Below, piece by piece: positions 1 to 8,960 of a stretch of DNA of 64,000 nucleotides. Each line of letters begins with the position of its first letter. The first letter of the stretch is position 1. The notes beneath the pieces are model-generated. The model saw only the letters and a list, made by a program, of their open reading frames with translations, was not told the origin of the DNA and ran no database searches. The position numbers were made by a program, and so were the translations under genes. The stretch is taken from positions 96,001 to 160,000 of the forward strand of contig JBDRCO010000043.1 in the NCBI GenBank assembly GCA_043821645.1. The letters are read 5' to 3'. Source of the DNA: Pseudomonadota bacterium (GTDB lineage Bacteria > Myxococcota > JACRCW01 > JAFGSX01).

Positions 1-316
1 GGCTGCGGGCGCTGCGCAACACCAGCAGCCCGGGTGGCACCAGGGCACACAGCAGGGCCAGCAGCAGGGGCGACCACCGCGCCGGGTACGCGGCCAGCCA
101 GCGCCCCCCGACCAGGGCACCGACCACGATTCCGGCATGCCACACCGCCAGCACCAGCCCGATGACCAGCTCGTTGCCGCCGAACACCACCAGGGCTTCA
201 CGAGTCCAGATCGCCTGCACCAGCACCGAGGCTGCACCGGTGGCCAGGGCGAGCAGCAGCGCCGCGCTGGCCCGTGACCTCCGCCCGCCTTCGGCTTGTG
301 TGACGGTGCTCATCAT
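1..316 (-). CDS. Partial (runs off the left edge) membrane protein, N-terminus of the fused membrane/spermidine-synthase-like family
   Basis: Hand translation from ATG at 316: MMSTVTQAEGGRRSRASAALLLALATGAASVLVQAIWTREALVVFGGNELVIGLVLAVWHAGIVVGALVGG. The Q..W.RE...VFGGNEL..G..L..W pattern is typical of this family. Not in the ORF track. Confidence 0.7.
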   Translation of the reverse strand, partial: MMSTVTQAEGGRRSRASAALLLALATGAASVLVQAIWTREALVVFGGNELVIGLVLAVWHAGIVVGALVGGRWLAAYPARWSPLLLALLCALVPPGLLVLRSARS

Positions 317-379
317 TTTGGCCAAAACCCTGGGATGCCTGCTAAAAACAGAAGACGCATTATCATGGGTCGGCGCGCG

Positions 380-2851
380 ATGGTGAAGATCAGGAACTCC
401 ACAGTGGGATCGGCCTCCATGCAGAGGCTGCAATCGGGGCCCGACGCCCCGGTGCTGCCAAAGGTGCAGGCCCCCGACCTGGAGCAGACGCAGGATCCGG
501 GGACCGAAAAAGCCCTCGATCAGGTGCTGGGCGAACGCGCCGCGGTGTTCGTCGACAGTACCACCAAGCCCGGTACGGCGGGCGAAGGCAGCAGCCTCGT
601 CGAGCTGCGCGCGGCCATCGCCGTGGCCGATGCGGGGATCGCCGGCGACCACGCCAAGAGCGCGGCCGACAGCGCACATGGCTCGCTGGAGACCGCCTTC
701 CTGTACACCAATCCCCCCGGCGAACCCGGCGCCTCGGCGACGCCGGACAAGAGGCTTGACGTCGCTGCGGACGAGCGCACCGCCTCTATCACGGCCAACG
801 CCGGGAGCCACAGCGTGTCGGCCTCCGTCGATCGCCTGGGCCTCACCATCGACGCCACGCGCCACGACGCCGGCGACAGCATCAACGCCGGCGCCTTCCT
901 GATGAAGGACTGGGCCATGCTGTGGGTGGCTGGTGGCACCGACCACGCCGACGGCAGCGCCACGGGCTGGGACGTGGGACCCTACTTCGACCCCACAGGC
1001 GGAGGATTGGCCGCGACCCTGTCGCGCAAGAGCGTCGACGGCGGCGTGTACCGCGTGGGCGGTTTCGGCGGCGGAAACGCCAGTCGCAAGCTCGAAGATC
1101 TCGGCCCCTACCAGGGCGAGCAGCCCGCCCTCAAGGGCACGCGCGGCGTCGAGCTGAGGCGCGAGCTGAGCGCGGACTTCACCGCGACGCCAGGCATGAT
1201 CCTGAGCACCGGGCTCGGCATCGGTGGCCGCCTCGGAGTGGCCAAGGAGAGCACCCTCGTCTACCGCACGCACCTGCCGCCGGATCAGGCGCGCAGCCTG
1301 CTGCACGAGGACGGCAACAAGCTGACCCGCGCCCTGCGCAACAACGCCCGGGCCATCGGACTCAAGGACGAGCCGCTGCCGCCGCCAGACCTGTCCAAGC
1401 TCGACCAGCTCAAGGTCGGTGACGAGGTGACGCTGACCACCGTGGGCAGCCTCAACGGTGGCCTGGCCGTCGGCGCCCCCGCAGCCCTGGGCACGGTGAG
1501 CCTGCTGGGCGCCATGCGCGGCGAGTTCGAGATCAGCGTCACACGCACGAGCACCGATCAGCTCGATGTCACCGTGGTGCCGACCAAGGTGCGCGGGCTC
1601 GAGCTGGCCGGCCGCGCTGTGATCCTCGACGCCGCCATTGCGCGGGCCAGCGCGCGCAGCATGGCCCAGCGCTTTCGCTTTGATCTGAACAAGCCCGAGG
1701 CGGTGCAGGCCTACCAGGCTCTGCTGCAGGGCGAGTTGCCCAGCGGTGGCAACACCCACGACGTCGACAAGATCCCCCCGACACGGATCGGGGACGAGGT
1801 GTTGCCCGCCGGCGTGAGCCGCGGCCCCACCGAGCACGTGGCGGGCAGCGGCTGGCGCTCCCACGCGGACATCGGCTTCACCCTGCTGACCCTGGGCGCC
1901 ACCGTGGATCGCACGCGCTGGGAGCGCGACATCGACGTCGGCGACCTGCGCCTGCACGAGTCCGCCCGCGCCGTCGAGAGGCGCCTGACCATCCCGCTGT
2001 CCGGCGACGAGACCCGCGGCGTGCGCGCCAGCGTGATGTCGGCCAGCCGCTACCAGGGCGGTGAGCGCGTCAGCTCGGAGTTCGCGCGGCTGCGCCTGGT
2101 GGCCACGGTCCACGACAGCAAGGCACGCGGCCTCGAGCTCAACCGGGACATCGACGGCATCAACCAGGCCTTTGGCCTCACGCTCAACCACTTCTCCGAG
2201 AAGTCCCTCAAGAAGTCCCGCGGCATCGAGCTGACCTGCGAACTCAAGGCGAGCGACCTCGAGCAGCTCGCCACCACCGACGACGCGACCCTGCGCGACA
2301 CCGCGCGCGAGTCCGGCACCCGCGCCTCGGGCCTGCTGGTGCTCAAGCAGACCCTGGCCGCCAGCAGCGACCCCCTGGTGCGCGCCGAGGCCGTGCAGCA
2401 GTACCTGGTGCGCGCGGGCTTCGACGGCATGGGCGCCCTGGTGCGGCTGCTCGGCGTGGACCGCGTGGCCCTGACCACCAGCGATGGCGCCCGCGACGAG
2501 CACCTGGCCCAGGCCCAGGCCCTGGCCTTCAAGTACGCGCAGCCGCTGGCCGCCGACGCCAGCAACGACGAAGTCAGCACCCGCTTCGAGCAGGTACTCA
2601 AGCTCGACGAGAAGCTGGTCCGCGTGCGCGCCCTCACCGACGACGATCCCCTGCTCAAGCCCGAGCAGCGCAGCCAGGCCCTGGCGCAGGTCGACAAGGC
2701 GCGCGCCGAGCTCACAAGCTGCCTGAATACGGAGCACCTGAGCACGGACCAGCGGCACACGCTCATCGACCAGCTCGAGCGAGGCTGGACCACGCGCTGG
2801 GAATACCGCGCCATCGAGGCGCTTGAGCCGGGTGCGAAATCCAAGGTCTAA
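380..2851 (+). CDS. Large hypothetical protein (about 823 aa), no signal peptide, Gly-rich beta-strand-like core
   Basis: Long ORF with strong GC3 bias. ATG at 380 preferred because it follows the AT-rich divergent intergenic region. Confidence 0.85.
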   Translation: MVKIRNSTVGSASMQRLQSGPDAPVLPKVQAPDLEQTQDPGTEKALDQVLGERAAVFVDSTTKPGTAGEGSSLVELRAAIAVADAGIAGDHAKSAADSAHGSLETAFLYTNPPGEPGASATPDKRLDVAADERTASITANAGSHSVSASVDRLGLTIDATRHDAGDSINAGAFLMKDWAMLWVAGGTDHADGSATGWDVGPYFDPTGGGLAATLSRKSVDGGVYRVGGFGGGNASRKLEDLGPYQGEQPALKGTRGVELRRELSADFTATPGMILSTGLGIGGRLGVAKESTLVYRTHLPPDQARSLLHEDGNKLTRALRNNARAIGLKDEPLPPPDLSKLDQLKVGDEVTLTTVGSLNGGLAVGAPAALGTVSLLGAMRGEFEISVTRTSTDQLDVTVVPTKVRGLELAGRAVILDAAIARASARSMAQRFRFDLNKPEAVQAYQALLQGELPSGGNTHDVDKIPPTRIGDEVLPAGVSRGPTEHVAGSGWRSHADIGFTLLTLGATVDRTRWERDIDVGDLRLHESARAVERRLTIPLSGDETRGVRASVMSASRYQGGERVSSEFARLRLVATVHDSKARGLELNRDIDGINQAFGLTLNHFSEKSLKKSRGIELTCELKASDLEQLATTDDATLRDTARESGTRASGLLVLKQTLAASSDPLVRAEAVQQYLVRAGFDGMGALVRLLGVDRVALTTSDGARDEHLAQAQALAFKYAQPLAADASNDEVSTRFEQVLKLDEKLVRVRALTDDDPLLKPEQRSQALAQVDKARAELTSCLNTEHLSTDQRHTLIDQLERGWTTRWEYRAIEALEPGAKSKV

Positions 2852-2991
2852 TGCGAAATCGCTTTGATTCGATTCTGTCGTGGGGCCCCGCCTTCACCGG
2901 CGAGTCTTTTTGTCCTCGCAAGCTCGGAAAAAAGCCTCACCTGGGCCCCCCACATCACGCCCAATCAAAGCGATTCGGTGTCATCCCCGCC

Positions 2992-3522
2992 ATGCGCCTG
3001 TTGCTCACCCTGCTGCTGGTCGCCAGCACCGGTGCGTGCTCGCACGTGGTCCTGCTCAAGACCACGCCGCCGGGCGCCTCTGTCTACATCGATGGCGAGG
3101 TCAAGGGCGTGACGCCGCTGTTCTTCGAGGAGGGCACGGGCGCTGGCAAGAGCTACGAGCTGAGGCTCGAGCTCGAGGGCTACCAGCCCGAGCGCTTCGT
3201 GCTGCAGCAGGACCAGTGGTGGGCAAGCTGCGTGGCGCCGAGCCTGTGCCTCATCCCCTTCACCCTCGGTCTGTCGGCGAGCGGCCTGCTGTTCGCGCGC
3301 GCGCTGCGCGATGAGTACCACTACCTGTTGAGGCCGGTGGTCAAACCTGCTGTCCCGCCGCTGCCACCGCCCGAGCCTCCGAGGTCCGCGCCGGCGGCTC
3401 CTTTTGTGCCACCCGCAAAGGTGCCGGACACGGCGCCTGGCGTGCCCGCTGCTTCGGCCAGCGCGCCGGCCTCGCCCGGATCGGCACCGACCGAGACCGC
3501 GTCGCCGCCGACGTCACCCTGA
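2992..3522 (+). CDS. PEGA-domain lipoprotein with Pro-rich tail
   Basis: Lipoprotein signal MRLLLTLLLVASTGAC followed by PEGA motif TTPPGASVYIDGEVKGVTPL. Confidence 0.85.
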   Translation: MRLLLTLLLVASTGACSHVVLLKTTPPGASVYIDGEVKGVTPLFFEEGTGAGKSYELRLELEGYQPERFVLQQDQWWASCVAPSLCLIPFTLGLSASGLLFARALRDEYHYLLRPVVKPAVPPLPPPEPPRSAPAAPFVPPAKVPDTAPGVPAASASAPASPGSAPTETASPPTSP

Positions 3523-3553
3523 GTCCGCGCCTGGCGCGCGACGAGGAGTTCGC

Positions 3554-4018
3554 ATGCTCAAGCCCGATCAGCTCAAGCAGGTGGCCTTGTTCGCCGCGCT
3601 GGAGCCCGCGCACCTGGCCCAGGTGGTCTCCCTGGCCGTCGAGGAGGAGTACCCGGCAGGCGCGCGCATCTTCAACGAGGGCGATCCCGGGGACCGCCTG
3701 TTCGTGATCATCGAGGGCCGTGTGCGCATCTCCAAGCTCATCCCCAATGCCGGCGAGGAAGCCCTGACCATCCTCGAGGCTGGCTCCTACTTCGGTGAGA
3801 TGGCGCTCATCGACGAGAGCACGCGCTCGGCCCACGCCATCGCCCACAGCACCGTGCGGCTGGCCAGCATCGAGCGCACCGCCTTCGAGCAGCTGCTCTT
3901 CGTCAACCGCGACCTGGCCTACGACGTGCTGTGGAGCTTCGTGCGCACCCTGTCGTCACGGCTGCGCGAGACCAACGACAAGCTCAAGACCTTCTTCGTG
4001 CTCAGCGGTGGCTTCTAG
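3554..4018 (+). CDS. Stand-alone cyclic nucleotide-binding domain protein
   Basis: RBS GAGGAG before ATG 3554. Motifs IFNEGDPGD and YFGEMALIDESTRSAHA. No HTH. Confidence 0.9.
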   Translation: MLKPDQLKQVALFAALEPAHLAQVVSLAVEEEYPAGARIFNEGDPGDRLFVIIEGRVRISKLIPNAGEEALTILEAGSYFGEMALIDESTRSAHAIAHSTVRLASIERTAFEQLLFVNRDLAYDVLWSFVRTLSSRLRETNDKLKTFFVLSGGF

Positions 4019-4149
4019 GCGCCGGGGCTCGAACGCTCAGGACCCATCACCTGTTGTCTCTTCTGAGCGAGTGATCGCAGCGTCCGGGCACCGCCTCTGT
4101 TCAACAGCGGGTGAATGCTCGAGACGGATAGAAAGGGCGAACGTGCGCG

Positions 4150-4788
<639 letters not shown>

Positions 4789-4799
4789 CGCTCGCCTCG

Positions 4800-5024
4800 T
4801 CAGGCCGGGATGACCTCGCCAAGATCGGGCACCCGCTCCTTGAGCACGCGGGTCACACCGTACAGCAGGGTCATGGTGGCGCCGGGGCAGCCGGCACAGG
4901 CCCCCACCAGACGAACATGAACATCATTGCCCTCGAGCTTGACCAGCTCGACGTCGCCGCCGTCGGCCTGCAGGGCCGGGCGGATCTCATCCAGGGCGTC
5001 GCGAACACTTTGCTCGGTGACCAT
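4800..5024 (-). CDS. NifU/NfuA C-terminal-type Fe-S scaffold protein
   Basis: IRPALQADGGDVELV and GACAGCP (CxxC). GGAG RBS before ATG 5024. Confidence 0.93.
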   Translation of the reverse strand: MVTEQSVRDALDEIRPALQADGGDVELVKLEGNDVHVRLVGACAGCPGATMTLLYGVTRVLKERVPDLGEVIPA

Positions 5025-5070
5025 CTCGAACACTCCAGTCCGTGTGTCTCCTCGACGGGAGAACGGCAGG

Positions 5071-5105
5071 TACTATTGACATCACGACGTCACCTGTCAA
5101 CAGAA
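5071..5105. promoter_or_regulatory. Inverted repeat overlapping a sigma70-like promoter of the NifU-ribA operon (candidate operator)
   Basis: TACTATTGACA-N13-TGTCAACAGAA (arms 9/11 complementary). Minus strand reads TTGACA-N17-AATAGT. Confidence 0.5.
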
Positions 5106-5136
5106 GACGCCCCGCGTCATGCACCCTCTATGTAGC

Positions 5137-5170
5137 AAAAAAGCCTGCCCCGCGCAGGGCGAGGCAGGCT
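5137..5170 (-). terminator. Rho-independent terminator after the inner-rod-like gene
   Basis: Minus strand AGCCTGCCTCGC-CCTGC-GCGGGGCAGGCT (12-bp stem including one G-U pair) followed by a T run. Confidence 0.85.
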
Positions 5171-5195
5171 CGAGAGAGAAGGGATTCGGTGGACT

Positions 5196-5711
5196 TTAGA
5201 CCTGCGTTTGCATGGTCTGCTTGACACCGCTGGTGGCCTTCTCGACCACCTTCGAGGTCAACTCCAGTTCCTGCGAGTACTTGTACACGCTGGCCTGGAT
5301 CGCGAGCAGCTGCTGCGGGTCGAACTTCTTGCCGCTGGTGGCCAGCTTGATGATGGAATCGAGCTTGCCCTGGCCCTCGACCATGCCGCCAAGCAGGTTC
5401 TTGAAGCCCTTGCCCATGGTCTCCTTGCCCGGCTCCACCGCGTGGGTGGTGTCCGAGGCATTGAGCTTGGCCGCCTTGAGGGTCTCGACAGCCTTGTTGG
5501 GGCTCTCGACCTTGTTGACCTCCGAGACATGCTGCAGCTGACTGACCTGGCTGGCCTGGTTGACCTGGCCGGCCTGCTGCGTGGCCATCACGTCCTGGAA
5601 CTTGTTGACCTGCTGGGTCTGTTGATTCTGAACCTGCTGCTGGGCTTGCTTCTGGATCTCCTCGACGATCTTCTGCGAGGCCTGCCCCAGAGCGCCAACG
5701 GGATTTGCCAT
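5196..5711 (-). CDS. Type III secretion inner-rod-like protein (SctI; EscI/YscI/HrpB family)
   Basis: RBS GAGGA before ATG 5711. Gln-rich N-terminus and C-terminal DPQQLLAIQASVYKYSQELELTSKVVEKATSGVKQTMQTQV match the inner-rod/needle C-terminal signature. Confidence 0.8.
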   Translation of the reverse strand: MANPVGALGQASQKIVEEIQKQAQQQVQNQQTQQVNKFQDVMATQQAGQVNQASQVSQLQHVSEVNKVESPNKAVETLKAAKLNASDTTHAVEPGKETMGKGFKNLLGGMVEGQGKLDSIIKLATSGKKFDPQQLLAIQASVYKYSQELELTSKVVEKATSGVKQTMQTQV

Positions 5712-5815
5712 CACATCCTCCCTCGCGAGATGCGCGCGGCATCTCGGGGTGTGGGGACAGAAATCGGTCCCCGCTCCGCCGCGGTCCATGTACGGTCCCG
5801 CTGCGAACAAGGCCA

Positions 5816-5843
5816 TTATCGGCCGCGGAGGCTGGGGGGTTGC
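5816..5843 (-). promoter_or_regulatory. Putative sigma-28 promoter of the inner-rod-like gene
   Basis: Minus strand GCAA-N16-GCCGATAA. The -10 box matches the FliA consensus exactly. Confidence 0.65.
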
Positions 5844-5944
5844 GGCAGAACACCGCCGGTCGCTGGGCGATTCTCTCGTGATGATAAGATATTACAAAAA
5901 AGGCAGGCAGACCGGCAGGACGCGAGCACCCATGAAAAGTGGCC

Positions 5945-6733
5945 CTACTCTTCTTCCATGAGCAGATCGCGCAGGATACGCGACATCTTCTCGATGGCCT
6001 TGGCGTGCAGGCGAGAGGTCCAGCTCTTGGACAGGCCCATGCTGTCGCCGACCTCCTGCAGGCTCATCTCCTTGAAGTAGTACATGGTCAGCAGGTTGCG
6101 CTCCTGCTCGGGCAGGCGCGACAGGGCGTCGCGCACGTGGGCCTTGACCTGCACATCGCTGACCTTGATATCGACCGGCAGAGCTTCCAGGTCCTCGACC
6201 TGCAGTCCCTCCATGCCCTCGAGACTGGTCACGAAGATGGTGACCAGGTTTTGCACGGTGTCGGCCAGTTCCTCGACCTCCGCCTCGACCGCCTTGTTGT
6301 CCTCGCCGATGGTCTGGCGGTCGTTGACGTTGGCCAGGTAGGCGTTGGCGCGCTCCTCGAAGCGGAACTTGGCGTACTCGTTGCGCGATACCCAGCCCAT
6401 GTTGCGCAGGCCGTCGTAGATGGCGCCACGGATCCGGTAGTACGAGAAGGTCATGAAGTTGGCGCCGAACTTGGGATCAAAGCGGCCCGCCGCCTCGAGC
6501 AGACCGACCATGCCGTACTCGACCAGGTCGTCGAACTCGATCTCCTTGGCCAGGCTCTTCTTGATCTTGCCGGCGATGGAGCGCACGTAGGGCAGGTACT
6601 GGTCGATCAGCGCCTTTTGGTCCGCCAGGTTGGGGGCGACCGCGCTGCTGGTCCTGGGCTTGCTCGCGCCCAGCCCCTTCTTGGCAGGACTGGCCGTCGC
6701 CCGGTCGCGATCTGTCGACTTGCTGGGCGTCAC
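5945..6733 (-). CDS. RNA polymerase sigma factor, FliA/WhiG (sigma-28) family
   Basis: DDLVEYGMVGLLEAAGRFDP, YRIRGAIYDGLR and region 4 MSLQEVGDSMGLSKSWTSRLH. GTG 6733 chosen from an upstream GAGG. Confidence 0.92.
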   Translation of the reverse strand: MTPSKSTDRDRATASPAKKGLGASKPRTSSAVAPNLADQKALIDQYLPYVRSIAGKIKKSLAKEIEFDDLVEYGMVGLLEAAGRFDPKFGANFMTFSYYRIRGAIYDGLRNMGWVSRNEYAKFRFEERANAYLANVNDRQTIGEDNKAVEAEVEELADTVQNLVTIFVTSLEGMEGLQVEDLEALPVDIKVSDVQVKAHVRDALSRLPEQERNLLTMYYFKEMSLQEVGDSMGLSKSWTSRLHAKAIEKMSRILRDLLMEEE

Positions 6734-6847
6734 CCTGCGACCTCGCCTCGGTGCTGGTCCGTCGCCTCGGCGCTGCTCCTGGCACCGTGCCAGACGCAGA
6801 TGAAACGCCGCCGACTCCCCGCGAAGGCGCCGGGGCCACACGCACTC

Positions 6848-6876
6848 ATCTTAGAGAGGGGGTCTCCTAGCGTCAA
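6848..6876 (-). promoter_or_regulatory. Sigma70-type promoter of the sigma-28 gene
   Basis: Minus strand TTGACG-N17-TAAGAT. Confidence 0.65.
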
Positions 6877-6905
6877 CAAAGCGACCGGCGTGGATGGACA
6901 GGTGT

Positions 6906-7283
6906 TCAGGATTTGGCCGGGCGAGCCAGCTGGGATTGCAGGCGCTGCGCCAGGGCCTCATCGCGGTTGATCAGATCCGACACCGCTTCTTCGACGTGCT
7001 TGGCGTCCTTGCCCTTGAGGTTCTTGAAGCGATCCCGCACCACGGCGGACACGAAGCGCTTGGTGGAGTCCTGCTTGTCGCCGGCCTCGGCCAGCTCCTT
7101 GGCCACCCCCATCAACTCCTCGAGCAGGGCCGAGCGCACATTGCGCGCCATGGCCTCGGTGGACTCGGCAGTGCCCACGCGCTCGACCATGCGCGCAAAA
7201 CCGGGCCCCTTGCTGCCCTTGGTCTTCTGGGCGCCCTCGGATCGGGACCCTCGAACAGGCCCTGATGATCGACCGATGCGCAT
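6906..7283 (-). CDS. Hypothetical protein (125 aa) in the T3SS satellite cluster
   Basis: GC3-biased ORF with RBS AAGAGG. Basic, disordered N-terminus and helical C-terminus. Confidence 0.8.
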   Translation of the reverse strand: MRIGRSSGPVRGSRSEGAQKTKGSKGPGFARMVERVGTAESTEAMARNVRSALLEELMGVAKELAEAGDKQDSTKRFVSAVVRDRFKNLKGKDAKHVEEAVSDLINRDEALAQRLQSQLARPAKS

Positions 7284-7359
7284 GCTGGCCTCTTTCCGTT
7301 TCTGCTCAGCCTACAAATGGTGGCGCCCGCAAGCCGGAACCACCGCCCCATTGTTGCCA

Positions 7360-7387
7360 GTATCGGCGCCGGAGCGCTGATGATTCG
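7360..7387 (-). promoter_or_regulatory. Putative sigma-28 promoter of the 125-aa gene
   Basis: Minus strand CGAA-N16-GCCGATAC, the same geometry as the site at 5816-5843. Confidence 0.55.
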
Positions 7388-7405
7388 ACAAAGTGGAGGG
7401 ACTCT

Positions 7406-7825
7406 TTACAGCTTGCCAAAGCATCCGACGTCATGGGCCTCGATCAAGCTGCGCGCGAAGTCCCCGGCGAGGCCATCGGGCTCCATCTTGATGGCCTGGT
7501 TCAAGGCCTGCAGGCCCTCGTCGAACTTGCGGAGAAACAGCAGGGCCTCGCCGATGTGCGCCTGCGCTAGGGCCGAGCCCGGGGCGACCTTGAGGGCCTC
7601 GCGGTGGGCCTTGAGGGCCTGCTGGAACTTGCCCTGGGCAAAGTACATGTTGCCCATGCCCACGTGGGGCACCTCGCTGTGCGGGATCAGGGCAGCGACG
7701 CCACTGAAGACCTCCTGCGCCTCTTTCCACTTGCCCAGTTCCATGTAGAGGTAGCCCGCCTCGAGCAGCAAGGCGACCTCGCTCTGCGGCACGTCGACGA
7801 TGCCCTTGACGATGTGCTCGGCCAT
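7406..7825 (-). CDS. Small TPR protein, probable T3SS chaperone-like
   Basis: About three TPR motifs in 139 aa, co-oriented with the sigma-28 and inner-rod genes. Confidence 0.85.
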   Translation of the reverse strand: MAEHIVKGIVDVPQSEVALLLEAGYLYMELGKWKEAQEVFSGVAALIPHSEVPHVGMGNMYFAQGKFQQALKAHREALKVAPGSALAQAHIGEALLFLRKFDEGLQALNQAIKMEPDGLAGDFARSLIEAHDVGCFGKL

Positions 7826-7859
7826 TGTCGTTTCTCACCCGGTGGTTCGACCCGCATCG

Positions 7860-7899
7860 ATTGTGATCGTGAATCGCGCCCGGTCACAAGTTCTTTTTT
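7860..7899 (-). promoter_or_regulatory. Possible sigma70 promoter with A-rich UP element for the TPR gene
   Basis: Minus strand AAAAAAGAAC-TTGTGA-N18-CACAAT. Confidence 0.3.
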
Positions 7900-8055
7900 G
7901 GCGACGGGCGGAGCCACCTCGACGGACAGCGGGTGGGTGCCAGATCCGGCGCCATCGCATCGGGCGGGGATCCCCGTCGGCACCGACGTCGCGCTTGTCC
8001 TCGACACGGCAGAACACGCCGCCCGGGCCGCAGCCGCCTGTGCGCGGAGGCCCTG

Positions 8056-8799
8056 TCACCACTGCAAGGCCGTGCGGGCCGCGAGCGACAGATCGGAGCA
8101 CGGCGTGGTGCACGGTGGACCGTCGACGTGATGCCAGTGCACGGCGCCGGGGGCCGCGCCCAGGCGCAGCAGGGTCGACGAGCGGGTGCCGTAGTTCCAG
8201 CGCGGCGCGTGCACGCACACACCCTCGAAGCCGGGGTCGTCGTGGTGGCTGAGGATGCGCAGCAGGGCCTCGTCGTCCGGCGGCGTGGCGGGGGGCAGGG
8301 CCTGCACCGCGCGCTGCACGAAACCCGGACGCTCGCTGCTGCCGGCGCCGAGGCTGCGCTCGGTGACGACGTGCCAGCCTGGCGCCAGCACCTCGCCCTG
8401 CATGCGCACCCCATCGTGGAACAGCCTGTGCGCACCCTCGCGGTCGGCCAGGATGAGGTGAAAGGGATTGTACGCCGCGGGGTCGAGGGCCGCGGCGTGG
8501 GCCGCTGCGGTGCCGGCGTCGTCGAAATCGAGAAGGTCGCGCACCAGCAGGCCGCGCGATCGCCGCGCGGGATCGGGCGGCGCGCCGAAGCGGTTGGTCA
8601 CACCCACGAACAGCCCGCGCTGGTTGAGGCCCAGCCAGGTGCCACCGGCCACCGCATCCTCTGGGGCAAAGAAGCGCCACCGCTCGCCCTGCCAGGCGCG
8701 GGGAGGCAGGGAGGCGCGGTCGAGTTGCTCGTCGCGGTTGGCCGCCACCAGCAGCGGCCACTGCGGCCACAGGCCCACGGCCACGGTCAAGGTACACAC
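8056..8799 (-). CDS. NRDE (TANGO2/DUF833) family protein
   Basis: N-terminal MCT, AANRDE, GGTWLGLN and YGTRSST motifs. Confidence 0.93.
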   Translation of the reverse strand: MCTLTVAVGLWPQWPLLVAANRDEQLDRASLPPRAWQGERWRFFAPEDAVAGGTWLGLNQRGLFVGVTNRFGAPPDPARRSRGLLVRDLLDFDDAGTAAAHAAALDPAAYNPFHLILADREGAHRLFHDGVRMQGEVLAPGWHVVTERSLGAGSSERPGFVQRAVQALPPATPPDDEALLRILSHHDDPGFEGVCVHAPRWNYGTRSSTLLRLGAAPGAVHWHHVDGPPCTTPCSDLSLAARTALQW

Positions 8800-8960
8800 C
8801 TGCCACCTCCTGCCACAGCATGTAGGGGTGTCGGGTCAGCTCGCAAGTGCGCTCGCATCCCCGCGAAAAGGGTAGCTAATTTGCTCTGTTGCAGGTGCCC
8901 GGCTATGCTTCAGGAGGCTTTCCTGATCGCAAGCGCGAGTCGAACCTGGGGGCCTGCATC

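Noticed and set aside
7905-7940. ACAGCGGGTG shared with the 4.1-kb repeat-like segment
   Set aside because: A 10-nt match in very GC-rich DNA, without the TGAATGC core, cannot be separated from chance.
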